A stretch of DNA of 64,000 bases, taken from NCBI RefSeq assembly GCF_009914755.1, contig NC_060948.1. One strand, 5' to 3'. The DNA comes from the human T2T-CHM13v2.0 reference genome, Homo sapiens. How positions within the stretch are numbered: the first letter of the stretch is position 1; every line of letters starts with the position of its first letter. A model generated the notes under the pieces. It did no database searches, was not told the origin of the DNA, and saw nothing but the letters and a program-made list of their open reading frames with translations. Positions 42,798 through 62,110 of the stretch are shown piece by piece. A program made the translations under genes and the position numbers.

Positions 42798-44902
42798 AGA
42801 TCCATATTTTTTAAATGAAAAAAAATTTCAAAGGTACTCTGCTTGGTACAATAATCAAATGTATAAACTGAGGAATAAAACATAACCATGAAACCTACTT
42901 ATAACTGCATATGGAAAATACAGAGGATAATTTTTTAAATAACATATTTTGAAAGCCTTAACTAGTAATTTGAAGAGTTGGCATTTGAAAGGCCAGTATG
43001 AATATATCTTCAAAGCAGCAACACAGGTTCCCCATGAGAAAAAGCAAACACAGGGAAAATAAAACCATAAAGGTTCAATCTCTTCTGACCTTTGAAAGAC
43101 ACAGCACAGACAGTGGTCCTTAGGACGAAGAGCAGGAGACCCCTAATTCCGTCACCATGGCGATAGGGCATAAACATTGCTGGGTGAGGGCACAATCCAC
43201 ATTGTGAGGTCCAACTGCTGCCAGGAAGACAGGAGTGCTTTTACATAGACCGAAAGGTCATTGAAGGCTCAGAGTTTTGTTTCAAGAACTGAATCCCAAA
43301 CCCACACGTTATTAGGCTGCGCTTCTTAAAACAAGTTATGAGATGGGAAAAAGGGCACACAGAAACATACGTATACATTATGTATATAATAATATACAGT
43401 GTCATATATATAATATATATAACCTATGTATAATATTGTTTTACATCCTGCATCTTATGTTATATATATTGTATAAAATATAATAATTGATAATATATAA
43501 GTTTCATAATTATACAATATGACATACAGTTTATATTATAATTTATGACATATATAATATATGTTATATATCATATATAGAATATATTATACGGTTAATA
43601 TACGTATTAAATATAAATTATATATTATATATATTATATATAATATATCTGTTATATATAATACTCATTATGCATAATATATATATTATGTCTATGTTAT
43701 ATATACTATAAAACAACATATAATAATATATAATTGTATATATAAAATGCGACATATAATATATATTATATTTTATAACATATGTAATATATATTATATA
43801 TAATACGTTGTATGTATAATACCTATATTAAATATATATTATATGACTATGTTATTAATTACATGTCACATGTGTTATATATTATATATTTTACATAGAA
43901 TATACCGGTTACATACAATATATACTATGTTACCTATAATGTATAATTTATTACATGTAAAATAAAGAATGCAATATATTATGTAAAATTTATAATATAC
44001 AATATGTGGAATGTGATATATATAACATATAATATATGATATATGATATACAGTATATGATATATAACATACAATATATGATTCCTAATATATATGGTAT
44101 ACAATATATATTTTATGATATGTATTCTATATGTTTTATATTCTGTTATATATAACTATTTGAAATTATATATAACTGTATAATATTTGATGTAAATATG
44201 TAATATAATATATATAACTATATAATATATTATATATAACTATATATTATGTTATATTTACTTTTATAACATAATTTACATAAAATATCATAATATAATA
44301 TATATTATATTATTTCATATTACATAATATATATTACATATCACCCAATATAACTAACATACATAATATTATAATATAGATTATATTATGTTATATTAAA
44401 TATCATATATATCATGTATCATATATTCTATAATATATATTACACATTATATAATATGTATGTTGTCTATTATGTGATATATATAACTATATATATAATT
44501 ATATTTTTATACATATAACTAGATAAACATGTAATTCTACATATTTTCATTTATAATATGTAGAATTATATAATCATATATAATTATTTATATTCTATAA
44601 AAAATTTTATCATTATATAAATTATAATATATAAAAATTATAATATGTACTACAAATATATATATTATATATCATATATGATATAGTACCTTTGTTATAT
44701 ATCATAATACATATAAATGTGTATTATGTTATCTATAATTATATAATTTCATATATAAGATGTATAATATGTATCATATATTATATATGTTATGTAATAT
44801 ATATAGTATATATAAGATGACACAGGATAAATATTATATACTATGACATATAAAATATATGAGGTTATATGTTACATATAAGGCATAGCACATAACATGT
44901 AA

Positions 44903-45211
<309 letters not shown>

Positions 45212-47313
45212 AGATCCATATTTTTTAAATGAAAAAAAATTTCAAAGGTACTCTGCTTGGTACAATAATCAAATGTATAAACTGAGGAATAAAACATAAC
45301 CATGAAACCTACTTATAACTGCATATGGAAAATACAGAGGATAATTTTTTAAATAACATATTTTGAAAGCCTTAACTAGTAATTTGAAGAGTTGGCATTT
45401 GAAAGGCCAGTATGAATATACCTTCAAAGCAGCAACACAGGTTCCCCATGAGAAAAAGCAAACACAGGGAAAATAAAAACACAAAGGTTCAATCTCTTCT
45501 GACCTTTGAAAGACACAGCACAGACAGTGGTCCTTAGGACGAAGAGCAGGAGACCCCTAATTCCGTCACCATGGCGATAGGGCATAAATATTGCTGGGTG
45601 AGGGCACAATCCACATTGTGAGGTCCAACTGCTGCCAGGAAGACAGGAGTGCTTTTACATAGACCGAAAGGTCATTGAAGGCTCAGAGTTTTGTTTCAAG
45701 AACTGAATCCCAAGCCCACACGTTATTAGGCTGCGCTTCTTAAAACAAGTTATGAGATGGGAAAAAGGGCACCCACACACATACGTATACATTATGTATA
45801 TAATAATATACAGTGTCATATATATAATATATATAACCTATTTATAATATAGTTTTACATCCTGCATCTTATGTTATTTATATTGTATAAAATATAATAA
45901 TTGATAATATATAAGTTTTATAATTATACAATATGACATATAGTATATATTATAATTTATGACATATATAATATATGTTATATATCATATATAGAATATA
46001 TTATACGGTTAATATACGTATTAAATATAAATTATACATTATATATATTATATATAATATATCTGTTATATATAATACACATTATGCATAATATATATAT
46101 TATGTCTATGTTATATATAGTATAAAACAACATATAATAATATATAATTGTATATATAAAATGCGACATATAATATATATTATATTTTATAACATATGTA
46201 ATATATATTATATATTATATATAATACCTTGTATGTATAATACCTATATTAAATATATATTATATGACTATGTTATTAATTACATGTCACATGTGTTATA
46301 TATTATATATTTTACATAGAATATACCGGTTACATACAATATATACTATGTTACCTATAATGTATAATTTATTACATGTAAAATAAAGAATGCAATATAT
46401 TATGTATAATTTATAATATACAATATGTGGAATGTGATATATATAACATATAATATATGATATATGATATACAGTATATGATATATAACATACAATATAT
46501 GATTCCTAATATATATGGTATACAATATATATTTTATGATATGTATTCTATATGTTTTATATTCTGTTATATATAACTATTTGAAATTATATATAACTGT
46601 ATAATATTTTATGTAAATATGTAATATAATATATATAACTATATAATATATTATATATAACTATATATTATGTCATATATACTTTTATAACATAATTTAC
46701 ATAAAATATCATAATATAATATATATTATATTATTTCATATTACATAATATATATTACATATCACCCAATATAACTAACATACATAATATTATAATATAG
46801 ATTATATTATGTTATATTAAATATCATATATATCATGTATCATATATTCTATAATATATATTACACATTATATAATATGTATGTTGTCTATTATGTGATA
46901 TATATAACTATATATATAATTATATTTTTATACATATAACTAGATAAACATGTAATTCTACATATTTTCATTTATAATATGTAGAATTATATAATCATAT
47001 ATAATTATTTATATTCTATAAAAAATTTTATCATTATATATATTATATATAAAAATTATAATATGTACTACAAATATATATATTATATATCATATATGAT
47101 ATAGTACCTTTGTTATATATCATAATACATATAAATGTGTATTATGTTATCTATAATTATATAATTTCATATATAAGATGTATAATATGTATCATATATT
47201 ATAGATGTTATGTAATATATATAGTATATATAAGATGACACAGGATAAATATTATATACTATGACATATAAAATATATGAGGTTATATGTTACATATAAG
47301 GCATAGCACATAA

Positions 47314-47628
<315 letters not shown>

Positions 47629-49755
47629 AGATCCATATTTTTTAAATGAAAAAAAATTTCAAAGGTACTCTGCTTGGTACAATAATCAAATGTATAAACT
47701 GAGGAATAAAACATAACCATGAAACCTACTTATAACTGCATATGGAAAATACAGAGGATAATTTTTTAAATAACATATTTTGAAAGCCTTAACTAGTAAT
47801 TTGAAGAGTTGGCATTTGAAAGGCCAGTATGAATATACCTTCAAAGCAGCAACACAGGTTCCCCATGAGAAAAAGCAAACACAGGGAAAATAAAAACACA
47901 AAGGTTCAATCTCTTCTGACCTTTGAAAGACACAGCACAGACAGTGGTCCTTAGGACGAAGAGCAGGAGACCCCTAATTCCGTCACCATGGCGATAGGGC
48001 ATAAACATTGCTGGGTGAGGGCACAATCCACATTGTGAGGTCCAACTGCTGCCAGGAAGACAGGAGTGCTTTTACATAGACCGAAAGGTCATTGAAGGCT
48101 CAGAGTTTTGTTTCAAGAACTGAATCCCAAGCCCACACGTTATTAGGCTGCGCTTCTTAAAACAAGTTATGAGATGGGAAAAAGGGCACCCACAAACATA
48201 CGTATACATTATGTATATAATAATATAGAGTGTCATATATATAATATATATAACCTATGTATAATATTGTTTTACATCCTGCATCTTATGTTATATATAT
48301 TGTATAAAATATAATAATTGATAATATATAACTTTTATAATTATACAATATGACATATAGTATATATTATAATTTATGACATATATAATATATGTTATAT
48401 ATCATATACAGAATATATTATACGGTTAATATACGTATTAAATATAAATTATACATTATATATATTATATAAAATATATCTGTTATATATAATACCCGTT
48501 ATGCATAATATATATATTATGTCTATGTTATATATAGTATAAAACAACATATAATAATATATAATTGTATATATAAATGCGACATATAATATATATTATA
48601 TTTTATGACATATGTAATATATATTATATATTATATATAATACGTTGTATGTATAATACCTATATTAAATATATATTATATGACTATGTTATTAATTACA
48701 TGTCACATGTGTTATATATTATATATTTTACATAGAATATACCGGTTACATACAATATATACCATGTTACCCATAATGTATAATTTATTACATGTAAAAT
48801 AAAGAATGCAATATATTATGTATAATTTATAATATACAATATGTGGAATGTGATATATATAACATATAATATATGATATATGATATACAGTATATGATAT
48901 ATAACATACAATATATGATTCCCAATATATATGGTATACAATATATATTTTATGATATGTATTCTATATGTTTTATATTCTGTTATATATAACTATTTGA
49001 AATTATATATAACTGTATAATATTTTATGTAAATATGTAATATAATATATATAACTATATAAAATATTATATATAACTATATATTATGTTATATATACTT
49101 TTATAACATAATTTACATAAAATATCATAATATAATATATATTATATTATTTCATATTACATAATATATATTACATATCACCCAATATAACTAACATACA
49201 TAATATTATAATATAGATTATATTATGTTATATTAAATATCATATATATCATGTATCATATATTCTATAATATATATTACACATTATATAATATGTATGT
49301 TGTCTATTATGTGATATATATAACTATATATATAATTATATTTTTATACATATAACTAGATAAACATGTAATTCTACATATTTTCATTTATAATATGTAG
49401 AAGTATATAATCATATATAATTATTTATATTCTATAAAAAATTTTATCATTATATAAATTATAATATATAAAAATTATAATATGTACTACAAATATATAT
49501 ATTATATATCATATATGATATAGTACCTTTGTTATATATCATAATACATATAAATGTGTATTATGTTATCTATAATTATATAATTTCATATATAAGATGT
49601 ATAATATGTATCATATATTATATAAGTTATGTAATATATACAGTATATATAAGATGACACAGGATAAATATTATATACTATGACATATAAAATATATCAG
49701 GTTATATGTTACATATAAGGCATAGCACATAACATGTAATATATATCATATATAA

Positions 49756-50046
49756 TTTTTTTTAGACAGAATCTTGTCCTGTTGCACAGGTTGGGGTACA
49801 ATGGCGCCATCTTTGCTCACTGCAACTTCTGCCTCAAGGGTCCAAGCGATTGTCCTCCCTCAGCCTCCCAGGTAGCTGGGACTACACCACACTGGGACTA
49901 CACCAGCTGCCACCATGCCTAGCTAATTTTTTGGATTTTTAGTAGTGACAGCGTTTCACTGTATTGGCCAGGATGGTCTTGATCTCTTCACCTTGTGATC
50001 CCCTTGCCTTGGCCTCCAAATTTGCTGGGATTACAGGCCTGAGCCA
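49756..50046 (-). mobile_element. Diverged Alu, unit 21
   Basis: Copy of unit-1 Alu, T8 tail. Confidence 0.93.
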
Positions 50047-52143
50047 AGATCCATATTTTTTAAATGAAAAAAAATTTCAAAGTACTCTGCTTGGTACAAT
50101 AATCAAATGTATAAACTGAGGAATAAAACATAACCATGAAACCTACTTATAACTGCATATGGAAAATACAGAGGATAATTTTTTAAATAACATAGTTTGA
50201 AAGCCTTAACTAGTAATTTGAAGAGTTGGCATTTGAAAGGCCAGTATGAATATACCTTCAAAGCAGCAACACAGGTTCCCCATGAGAAAAAGCAAACACA
50301 GGGAAAATAAAAACACAAAGGTTCAATCTCTTCTGACCTTTGAAAGACACAGCACAGACAGTGGTCCTTAGGACGAAGAGCAGGAGACCCCTAATTCCGT
50401 CACCATGGCGATAGGGCATAAACATTGCTGGGTGAGGGCACAATCCACATTGTGAGGTCCAACTGCTGCCAGGAAGACAGGAGTGCTTTTACATAGACCG
50501 AAAGGTCATTGAAGGCTCAGAGTTTTGTTTCAAGAACTGAATCCCAAGCCCACACGTTATTAGGCTGCGCTTCTTAAAACAAGTTATGAGATGGGAAAAA
50601 GGGCACCCACAAACATACGTATACATTATGTATATAATAATATAGAGTGTCATATATATAATATATATAACCTATGTATAATATTGTTTTACATCCTGCA
50701 TCTTATGTTATATATATTGTATAAAATATAATAATTGATAATATATAACTTTTATAATTATACAATATGACATATAGTATATATTATAATTTATGACATA
50801 TATAATATAGGTTATATATCATATACAGAATATATTATACGGTTAATATACGTATTAAATATAAATTATACATTATATATATTATATATAATATATCTGT
50901 TATATATAATACCCATTATGCATAATATATATATTATGTCTATGTTATATATAGTATAAAACAACATATAATAATATATAATTGTATATATAAAATGCGA
51001 CATATAATATATATTATATTTTATAACATATGTAATATATATTATATATAATACGTTGTATGTATAATACCTATATTAAATATATATTATATGACTATGT
51101 TATTAATTACATGTCACATGTGTTATATATTATATATTTTACATAGAATATACCGGTTACATACAATATATACTATGTTGCCAATAATGTATAATTTATT
51201 ACATGTAAAATAAAGAATGCAATATATTATGTATAATTTATAATATACCATATGTGGAATGTGATATATATAACATATAATATATGATATATGATATACA
51301 GTATATGATATATAACATACAATATATGATTCCTAATATATATGGTATACAATATATATTTTATGATATGTATTCTATATGTTTTATATTCTGTTATATA
51401 TAACTATTTGAAATTATATATAACTGTATAATATTTTATGTAAATATGTAATATAATATATATAACTATATAATATATTATATATAACTATATATTATGT
51501 TATATATACTTTTATAACATAATTTACATAAAATATCATAATATAATATATATTATATTATTTCATATTACATAATATATATTACATATCACCCAATATA
51601 ACTAACATACATAATATTATAATATAGATTATATTGTGTTATATTAAATATCATATATATCATGTATCATATATTCTATAATATATATTACACATTATAT
51701 AATATGTATGTTGTCTATTATGTGATATATATAACTATATATATAATTATGTTTTTATACATATAACTAGATAAACATGTAATTCTACATATTTTCATTT
51801 ATAATATGTAGAATTATATAATCATATATAATTATTTATATTCTATAAAAAATTTTATCATTATATAAATTATAATATATAAAAATTATAATATGTACTA
51901 CAAATATATATATTATATATCATATATGATATAGTACCTTTGTTATATATCATAATACATATAAATGTGTATTATGTTATCTATAATTATATAATTTCAT
52001 ATATAAGATGTATAATATGTATCATATATTATATATGTTATGTAATATATATAGTATATATAAGATGACACAGGATAAATATTATATACTATGACATATA
52101 AAATATATGAGGTTATATGTTACATATAAGGCATAGCACATAA

Positions 52144-52458
<315 letters not shown>

Positions 52459-54556
52459 AGATCCATATTTTTTAAATGAAAAAAAATTTCAAAGGTACTC
52501 TGCTTGGTACAATAATCAAATGTATAAACTGAGGAATAAAACATAACCATGAAACCTACTTATAACTGCATATGGAAAATACAGAGGATAATTTTTTAAA
52601 TAACATATTTTGAAAGCCTTAACTAGTAATTTGAAGAGTTGGCATTTGAAAGGCCAGTATGAATATACCTTCAAAGCAGCAACACAGGTTCCCCATGAGA
52701 AAAAGCAAACACAGGGAAAATAAAACCACAAAGGTTCAATCTCTGCTGACCTTTGAAAGACACAGCACAGACAGTGGTCCTTAGGACGAAGAGCAGGAGA
52801 CCCCTAATTCCGTCACCATGGCGATAGGGCATAAACATTGCTGGGTGAGGGCACAATCCAAATTGTGAGGTCCAACTGCTGCCAGGAAGACAGGAGTGCT
52901 TTTACATAGACCGAAAGGTCATTGAAGGCTCAGAGTTTTGTTTCAAGAACTGAATCCCAAGCCCACACGTTATTAGGCTGCGCTTCTTAAAACAAGTTAT
53001 GAGATGGGAAAAAGGGCACCCAGAAACATACGTATACATTATGTATATAATAATATACAGTGTCATATATATAATATATATAACCTATGTATAATATTGT
53101 TTTACATCCTGCATCTTATGTTATATATATTGTATAAAATATAATAATTGATAATATATAAGTTTTATAATTATACAATATGACATACAGTATATATTAT
53201 AATTTATGACATATATAATATATGTTATATATCATATATAGAATATATTATACGGTTAATGTACGTATTAAATATAAATTATACATTATATATATTATAT
53301 ATAATATATCTGTTATATATAATACTCATTATGCATAATATATATATTATGTCTATGTTATATATAGTATAAAACAACATATAATAATATATAATTGTAT
53401 ATATAAAATGCGACATATAATATATATTATATTTTATAACATATGTAATATATATTATATATAATACGTTGTATGTATAATACCTATATTAAATATATAT
53501 TATATGACTATGTTATTAATTACATGTCACATGTGTTATATATTATATATTTTACATAGAATATACCGGTTACATACAATATATACTATGTTACCTATAA
53601 TGTATAATTTATTACATGTAAAATAAAGAATGCAATATATTATGTAAAATTTATGATATACAATATGTGGAATGTGATATATATAACATATAATATATGA
53701 TATATGATATACAGTATATGATATATAACATACAATATATGATTCCTAATATATATGGTATACAATATATATTTTATGATATGTATACTATATGTTTTAT
53801 ATTCTGTTATATATAACTATTTGAAATTATATATAACTGTATAATATTTTATGTAAATATGTAATATAATATATATAACAATATAATATATTATATATAA
53901 CTATATATTATGTTATATATACTTTTATAACATAATTTACATAAAATATCATAATATAATATATATTATATTATTTCATATTACATAATATATATTACAT
54001 ATCACCCAATATAACTAACATACATAATATTATAATATAGATTATATTATGTTATATTAAATATCATATATATCATGTATCATATATTCTATAATATATA
54101 TTACACATTATATAATATGTATGATGTCTATTATGTGATATATATAACTATATATATAATTATATTTTTATACATATAACTAGATAAACATGTAATTCTA
54201 CATATTTTCATTTATAATATGTAGAATTATATAATCATATATAATTATTTATATTCTATAAAAAATTTTATCATTATATAAATTATAATATATAAAAATT
54301 ATAATATATACTACAAATATATATATTATATATCATATATGATATAGTACCTTTGTTATATATCATAATACATATAAATGTGTATTATGTTATCTATAAT
54401 TATATAATTTCATATATAAGATGTATAATATGTATCATATATTATATATGTTATGTAATATATATAGTATATATATGATGACACAGGATAAATATTATAT
54501 ACTATGACATATAAAATATATGAGGTTATATGTTACATATAAGGCATAGCACATAA

Positions 54557-54871
<315 letters not shown>

Positions 54872-56969
54872 AGATCCATATTTTTTAAATGAAAAAAAAT
54901 TTCAAAGGTACTCTGCTTGGTACAATAATCAAATGTATAAACTGAGGAATAAAACATAACCATGAAACCTACTTATAACTGCATATGGAAAATACAGAGG
55001 ATAATTTCTTAAATAACATATTTTGAAAGCCTTAACTAGTAATTTGAAGAGTTGGCATTTGAAAGGCCAGTATGAATATACCTTCAAAGCAGCAACACAG
55101 GTTCCCCATGAGAAAAAGCAAACACAGGGAAAATAAAACCACAAAGGTTCAATCTCTTCTGACCTTTGAAAGACACAGCACAGACAGTGGTCCTTAGGAC
55201 GAAGAGCAGGAGACCCCTAATTCCGTCACCATGGCGATAGGGCATAAACATTGCCGGGTGAGGGCACAATCCACATTGTGAGGTCCAACTGCTGCCAGGA
55301 AGACAGGAGTGCTTTTACATAGACCGAAAGGTCATTGAAGGCTCAGAGTTTTGTTTCAAGAACTGAATCCCAAGCCCACACGTTATTAGGCTGCGCTTCT
55401 TAAAACAAGTTATGAGATGGGAAAAAGGGTACCCAGAAACATACGTATACATTATGTATATAATAATATACAGTGTCATATATATAATATATATAACCTA
55501 TGTATAATATTGTTTTACATCCTGCATCTTATGTTATATATATTGTATAAAATATAATAATTGATAATATATAAGTTTTATAATTATACAATATGACATA
55601 CAGTATATATTATAATTTATGACATATATAATATATGTTATATATCATATATAGAATATATTATACGGTTAATATACGTATTAAATATAAATTATACATT
55701 ATATATATTATATAGAATATATCTGTTATATATAATACTCATTATGCATAATATATATATTATGTCTATGTTATATATAGTATAAAACAACATATAATAA
55801 TATATAATTGTATATATAAAATGCGACATATAACATATATTATATTTTATAACATATGTAATATATATTATATATAATACGTTGTATGTATAATACCTAT
55901 ATTAAATATATATTATATGACTATGTTATTAATTACATGTCACATGTGTTATATATTATATATTTTACATAGAATATACCGGTTACATACAATATATACT
56001 ATGTTACCTATAATGTATAATTTATTACATGTAAAATAAAGAATGCAATATATTATGTAAAATTTATAATATACAATATGTGGAATGTGATATATATAAC
56101 ATATAATATATGATATATGATATACAGTATATGATATATAACATACAATATATGATTCCTAATATATATGGTATACAATATATATTTTATGATATGTATA
56201 CTATATGTTTTATATTCTGTTATATATAACTATTTGAAATTATATATAACTGTATAATATTTTATGTAAATATGTAATATAATATAAATAACAATATAAT
56301 ATATTATATATAACTATATATTATGTTATATATACTTTTATAACATAATTTACATAAAATATCATAATATAATATATATTATATTATTTCATATTACATA
56401 ATATATATTACATATCACCCAATATAACTAACATACATAATATTATAATATAGATTATATTATGTTATATTAAATATCATATATATCATGTATCATATAT
56501 TCTATAATATATATTACACATTATATAATATGTATGATGTCTATTATGTGATATATATAACTATATATATAATTATATTTTTATACATATAACTAGATAA
56601 ACATGTAATTCTACATATTTTCATTTATAATATGTAGAATTATATAATCATATATAATTATTTATATTCTATAAAAAATTTTATCATTATATAAATTATA
56701 ATATATAAAAATTATAATATATACTACAAATATATATATTATATATCATATATGATATAGTACCTTTGTTATATATCATAATACATATAAATGTGTATTA
56801 TGTTATCTATAATTATATAATTTCATATATAAGATGTATAATATGTATCATATATTATATATGTTATGTAATATATATAGTATATATATGATGACACAGG
56901 ATAAATATTATATACTATGACATATAAAATATATGAGGTTATATGTTACATATAAGGCATAGCACATAA

Positions 56970-57284
<315 letters not shown>

Positions 57285-59382
57285 AGATCCATATTTTTTA
57301 AATGAAAAAAAATTTCAAAGGTACTCTGCTTGGTACAATAATCAAATGTATAAACTGAGGAATAAAACATAACCATGAAACCTACTTATAACTGCATATG
57401 GAAAATACAGAGGATAATTTTTTAAATAACATATTTTGAAAGCCTTAACTAGTAATTTGAAGAGTTGGCATTTGAAAGGCCAGTATGAATATACCTTCAA
57501 AGCAGCAACACAGGTTCCCCATGAGAAAAAGCAAACACAGGGAAAATAAAACCACAAAGGTTCAATCTCTTCTGACCTTTGAAAGACACAGCACAGACAG
57601 TGGTCCTTAGGACGAAGAGCAGGAGACCCCTAATTCCGTCACCATGGCGATAGGGCATAAACATTGCTGGGTGAGGGCACAATCCACATTGTGAGGTCCA
57701 ACTGCTGCCAGGAAGACAGGAGTGCTTTTACATAGACCGAAAGGTCATTGAAGGCTCAGAGTTTTGTTTCAAGAACTGAATCCCAAGCCCACACGTTATT
57801 AGGCTGCGCTTCTTAAAACAAGTTATGAGATGGGAAAAAGGGCACCCAGAAACATACGTATACATTATGTATATAATAATATACAGTGTCATATATATAA
57901 TATATATAACCTATGTATAATATTGTTTTACATCCTGCATCTTATGTTATATATATTGTATAAAATATAATAATTGATAATATATAAGTTTTATAATTAT
58001 ACAATATGACATACAGTATATATTATAATTTATGACATATATAATATATGTTATATATCATATATAGAATATATTATACGGTTAATATACGTATTAAATA
58101 TAAATTATACATTATATATATTATATATAATATATCTGTTATATATAATACTCATTATGCATAATATATATATTATGTCTATGTTATATATAGTATAAAA
58201 CAACATATAATAATATATAATTGTATATATAAAATGCGACATATAATATATATTATATTTTATAACATATGTAATATATATTATATATAATACGTTGTAT
58301 GTATAATACCTATATTAAATATATATTATATGACTATGTTATTAATTACATGTCACATGTGTTATATATTATATATTTTACATAGAATATACCGGTTACA
58401 TACAATATATACTATGTTACCTATAATGTATAATTTATTACATGTAAAATAAAGAATGCAATATATTATGTAAAATTTATAATATACAATATGTGGAATG
58501 TGATATATATAACATATAATATATGATATATGATATACAGTATATGATATATAACATACAATATATGATTCCTAATATATATGGTATACAATATATATTT
58601 TATGATATGTATACTATATGTTTTATATTCTGTTATATATAACTATTTGAAATTATATATAACTGTATAATATTTTATGTAAATATGTATTATAATATAT
58701 ATAACAATATAATATATTATATATAACTATATATTATGTTATATATACTTTTATAACATAATTTACATAAAATATCATAATATAATATATATTATATTAT
58801 TTCATATTACATAATATATATTACATATCACCCAATATAACTAACATACATAATATTATAATATAGATTATATTATGTTATATTAAATATCATATATATC
58901 ATGTATCATATATTCTATAATATATACTACACATTATATAATATGTATGATGTCTATTATGTGATATATATAACTATATATATAATTATATTTTTATACA
59001 TATAACTAGATAAACATGTAATTCTACATATTTTCATTTATAATATGTAGAATTATATAATCATATATAATTATTTATATTCTATAAAAAATTTTATCAT
59101 TATATAAATTATAATATATAAAAATTATAATATATACTACAAATATATATATTATATATCATATATGATATAGTACCTTTGTTATATATCATAATACATA
59201 TAAATGTGTATTATGTTATCTATAATTATATAATTTCATATATAAGATGTATAATATGTATCATATATTATATATGTTATGTAATATATATAGTATATAT
59301 ATGATGACACAGGATAAATATTATATACTATGACATATAAAATATATGAGGTTATATGTTACATATAAGGCATAGCACATAA

Positions 59383-59697
<315 letters not shown>

Positions 59698-61795
59698 AGA
59701 TCCATATTTTTTAAATGAAAAAAAATTTCAAAGGTACTCTGCTTGGTACAATAATCAAATGTATAAACTGAGGAATAAAACATAACCATGAAACCTACTT
59801 ATAACTGCATATGGAAAATACAGAGGATAATTTTTTAAATAACATATTTTGAAAGCCTTAACTAGTAATTTGAAGAGTTGGCATTTGAAAGGCCAGTATG
59901 AATATACCTTCAAAGCAGCAACACAGGTTCCCCATGAGAAAAAGCAAACACAGGGAAAATAAAACCACAAAGGTTCAATCTCTTCTGACCTTTGAAAGAC
60001 ACAGCACAGACAGTGGTCCTTAGGACGAAGAGCAGGAGACCCCTAATTCCGTCACCATGGCGATAGGGCATAAACATTGCTGGGTGAGGGCACAATCCAC
60101 ATTGTGAGGTCCAACTACTGCCAGGAAGACAGGAGTGCTTTTACATAGACCGAAAGGTCATTGAAGGCTCAGAGTTTTGTTTCAAGAACTGAATCCCAAG
60201 CCCACACGTTATTAGGCTGCGCTTCTTAAAACAAGTTATGAGATGGGAAAAAGGGCACCCACAAACATACGTATACATTATGTATATAATAATATACAGT
60301 GTCATATATATAATATATATAACCTATGTATAATATTGTTTTACATCCTGCATCTTATGTTATATATATTGTATAAAATATAATAATTGATAATATATAA
60401 GTTTTATAATTATACAATATGACATACAGTATATATTATAATTTATGACATATATAATATATGTTATATATCATATATAGAATATATTATACGGTTAATA
60501 TACGTATTAAATATAAATTATACATTATATATATTATATATAATATATCTGTTATATATAATACTCATTATGCATAATATATATATTATGTCTATGTTAT
60601 ATATAGTATAAAACAACATATAATAATATATAATTGTATATATAAAATGCGACATATAATATATATTATATTTTATAACATATGTAATATATATTATATA
60701 TAATACGTTGTATGTATAATACCTATATTAAATATATATTATATGACTATGTTATTAATTACATGTCACATGTGTTATATATTATATATTTTACATAGAA
60801 TATACCGGTTACATACAATATATACTATGTTACCTATAATGTATAATTTATTACATGTAAAATAAAGAATGCAATATATTATGTAAAATTTATAATATAC
60901 AATATGTGGAATGTGATATATATAACATATAATATATGATATATGATATACAGTATATGATATATAACATACAATATATGATTCCTAATATATATGGTAT
61001 ACAATATATATTTTATGATATGTATACTATATGTTTTATATTCTGTTATATATAACTATTTGAAATTATATATAACTGTATAATATTTTATGTAAATATG
61101 TAATATAATATATATAACTATATAATATATTATATATAACTATATATTATGTTATATATACTTTTATAACATAATTTACATAAAATATCATAATATAATA
61201 TATATTATATTATTTCATATTACATAATATATATTACATATCACCCAATATAACTAACATACATAATATTATAATATAGTTTATATTATGTTATATTAAA
61301 TATCATATATATCATGTATCATATATTCTATAATATATATTACACATTATATAATATGTATGATGTCTATTATGTGATATATATAACTATATATATAATT
61401 ATATTTTTATACATATAACTAGATAAACATGTAATTCTACATATTTTCATTTATAATATGTAGAATTATATAATCATATATAATTATTTATATTCTATAA
61501 AAAATTTTATCATTATATAAATTATAATATATAAAAATTATAATATATACTACAAATATATATATTATATATCATATATGATATAGTACCTTTGTTATAT
61601 ATCATAATACATATAAATGTGTATTATGTTATCTATAATTATATAATTTCATATATAAGATGTATAATATGTATCATATATTATATATGTTATGTAATAT
61701 ATATAGTATATATATGATGACACAGGATAAATATTATATACTATGACATATAAAATATATGAGGTTATATGTTACATATAAGGCATAGCACATAA

Positions 61796-62110
<315 letters not shown>
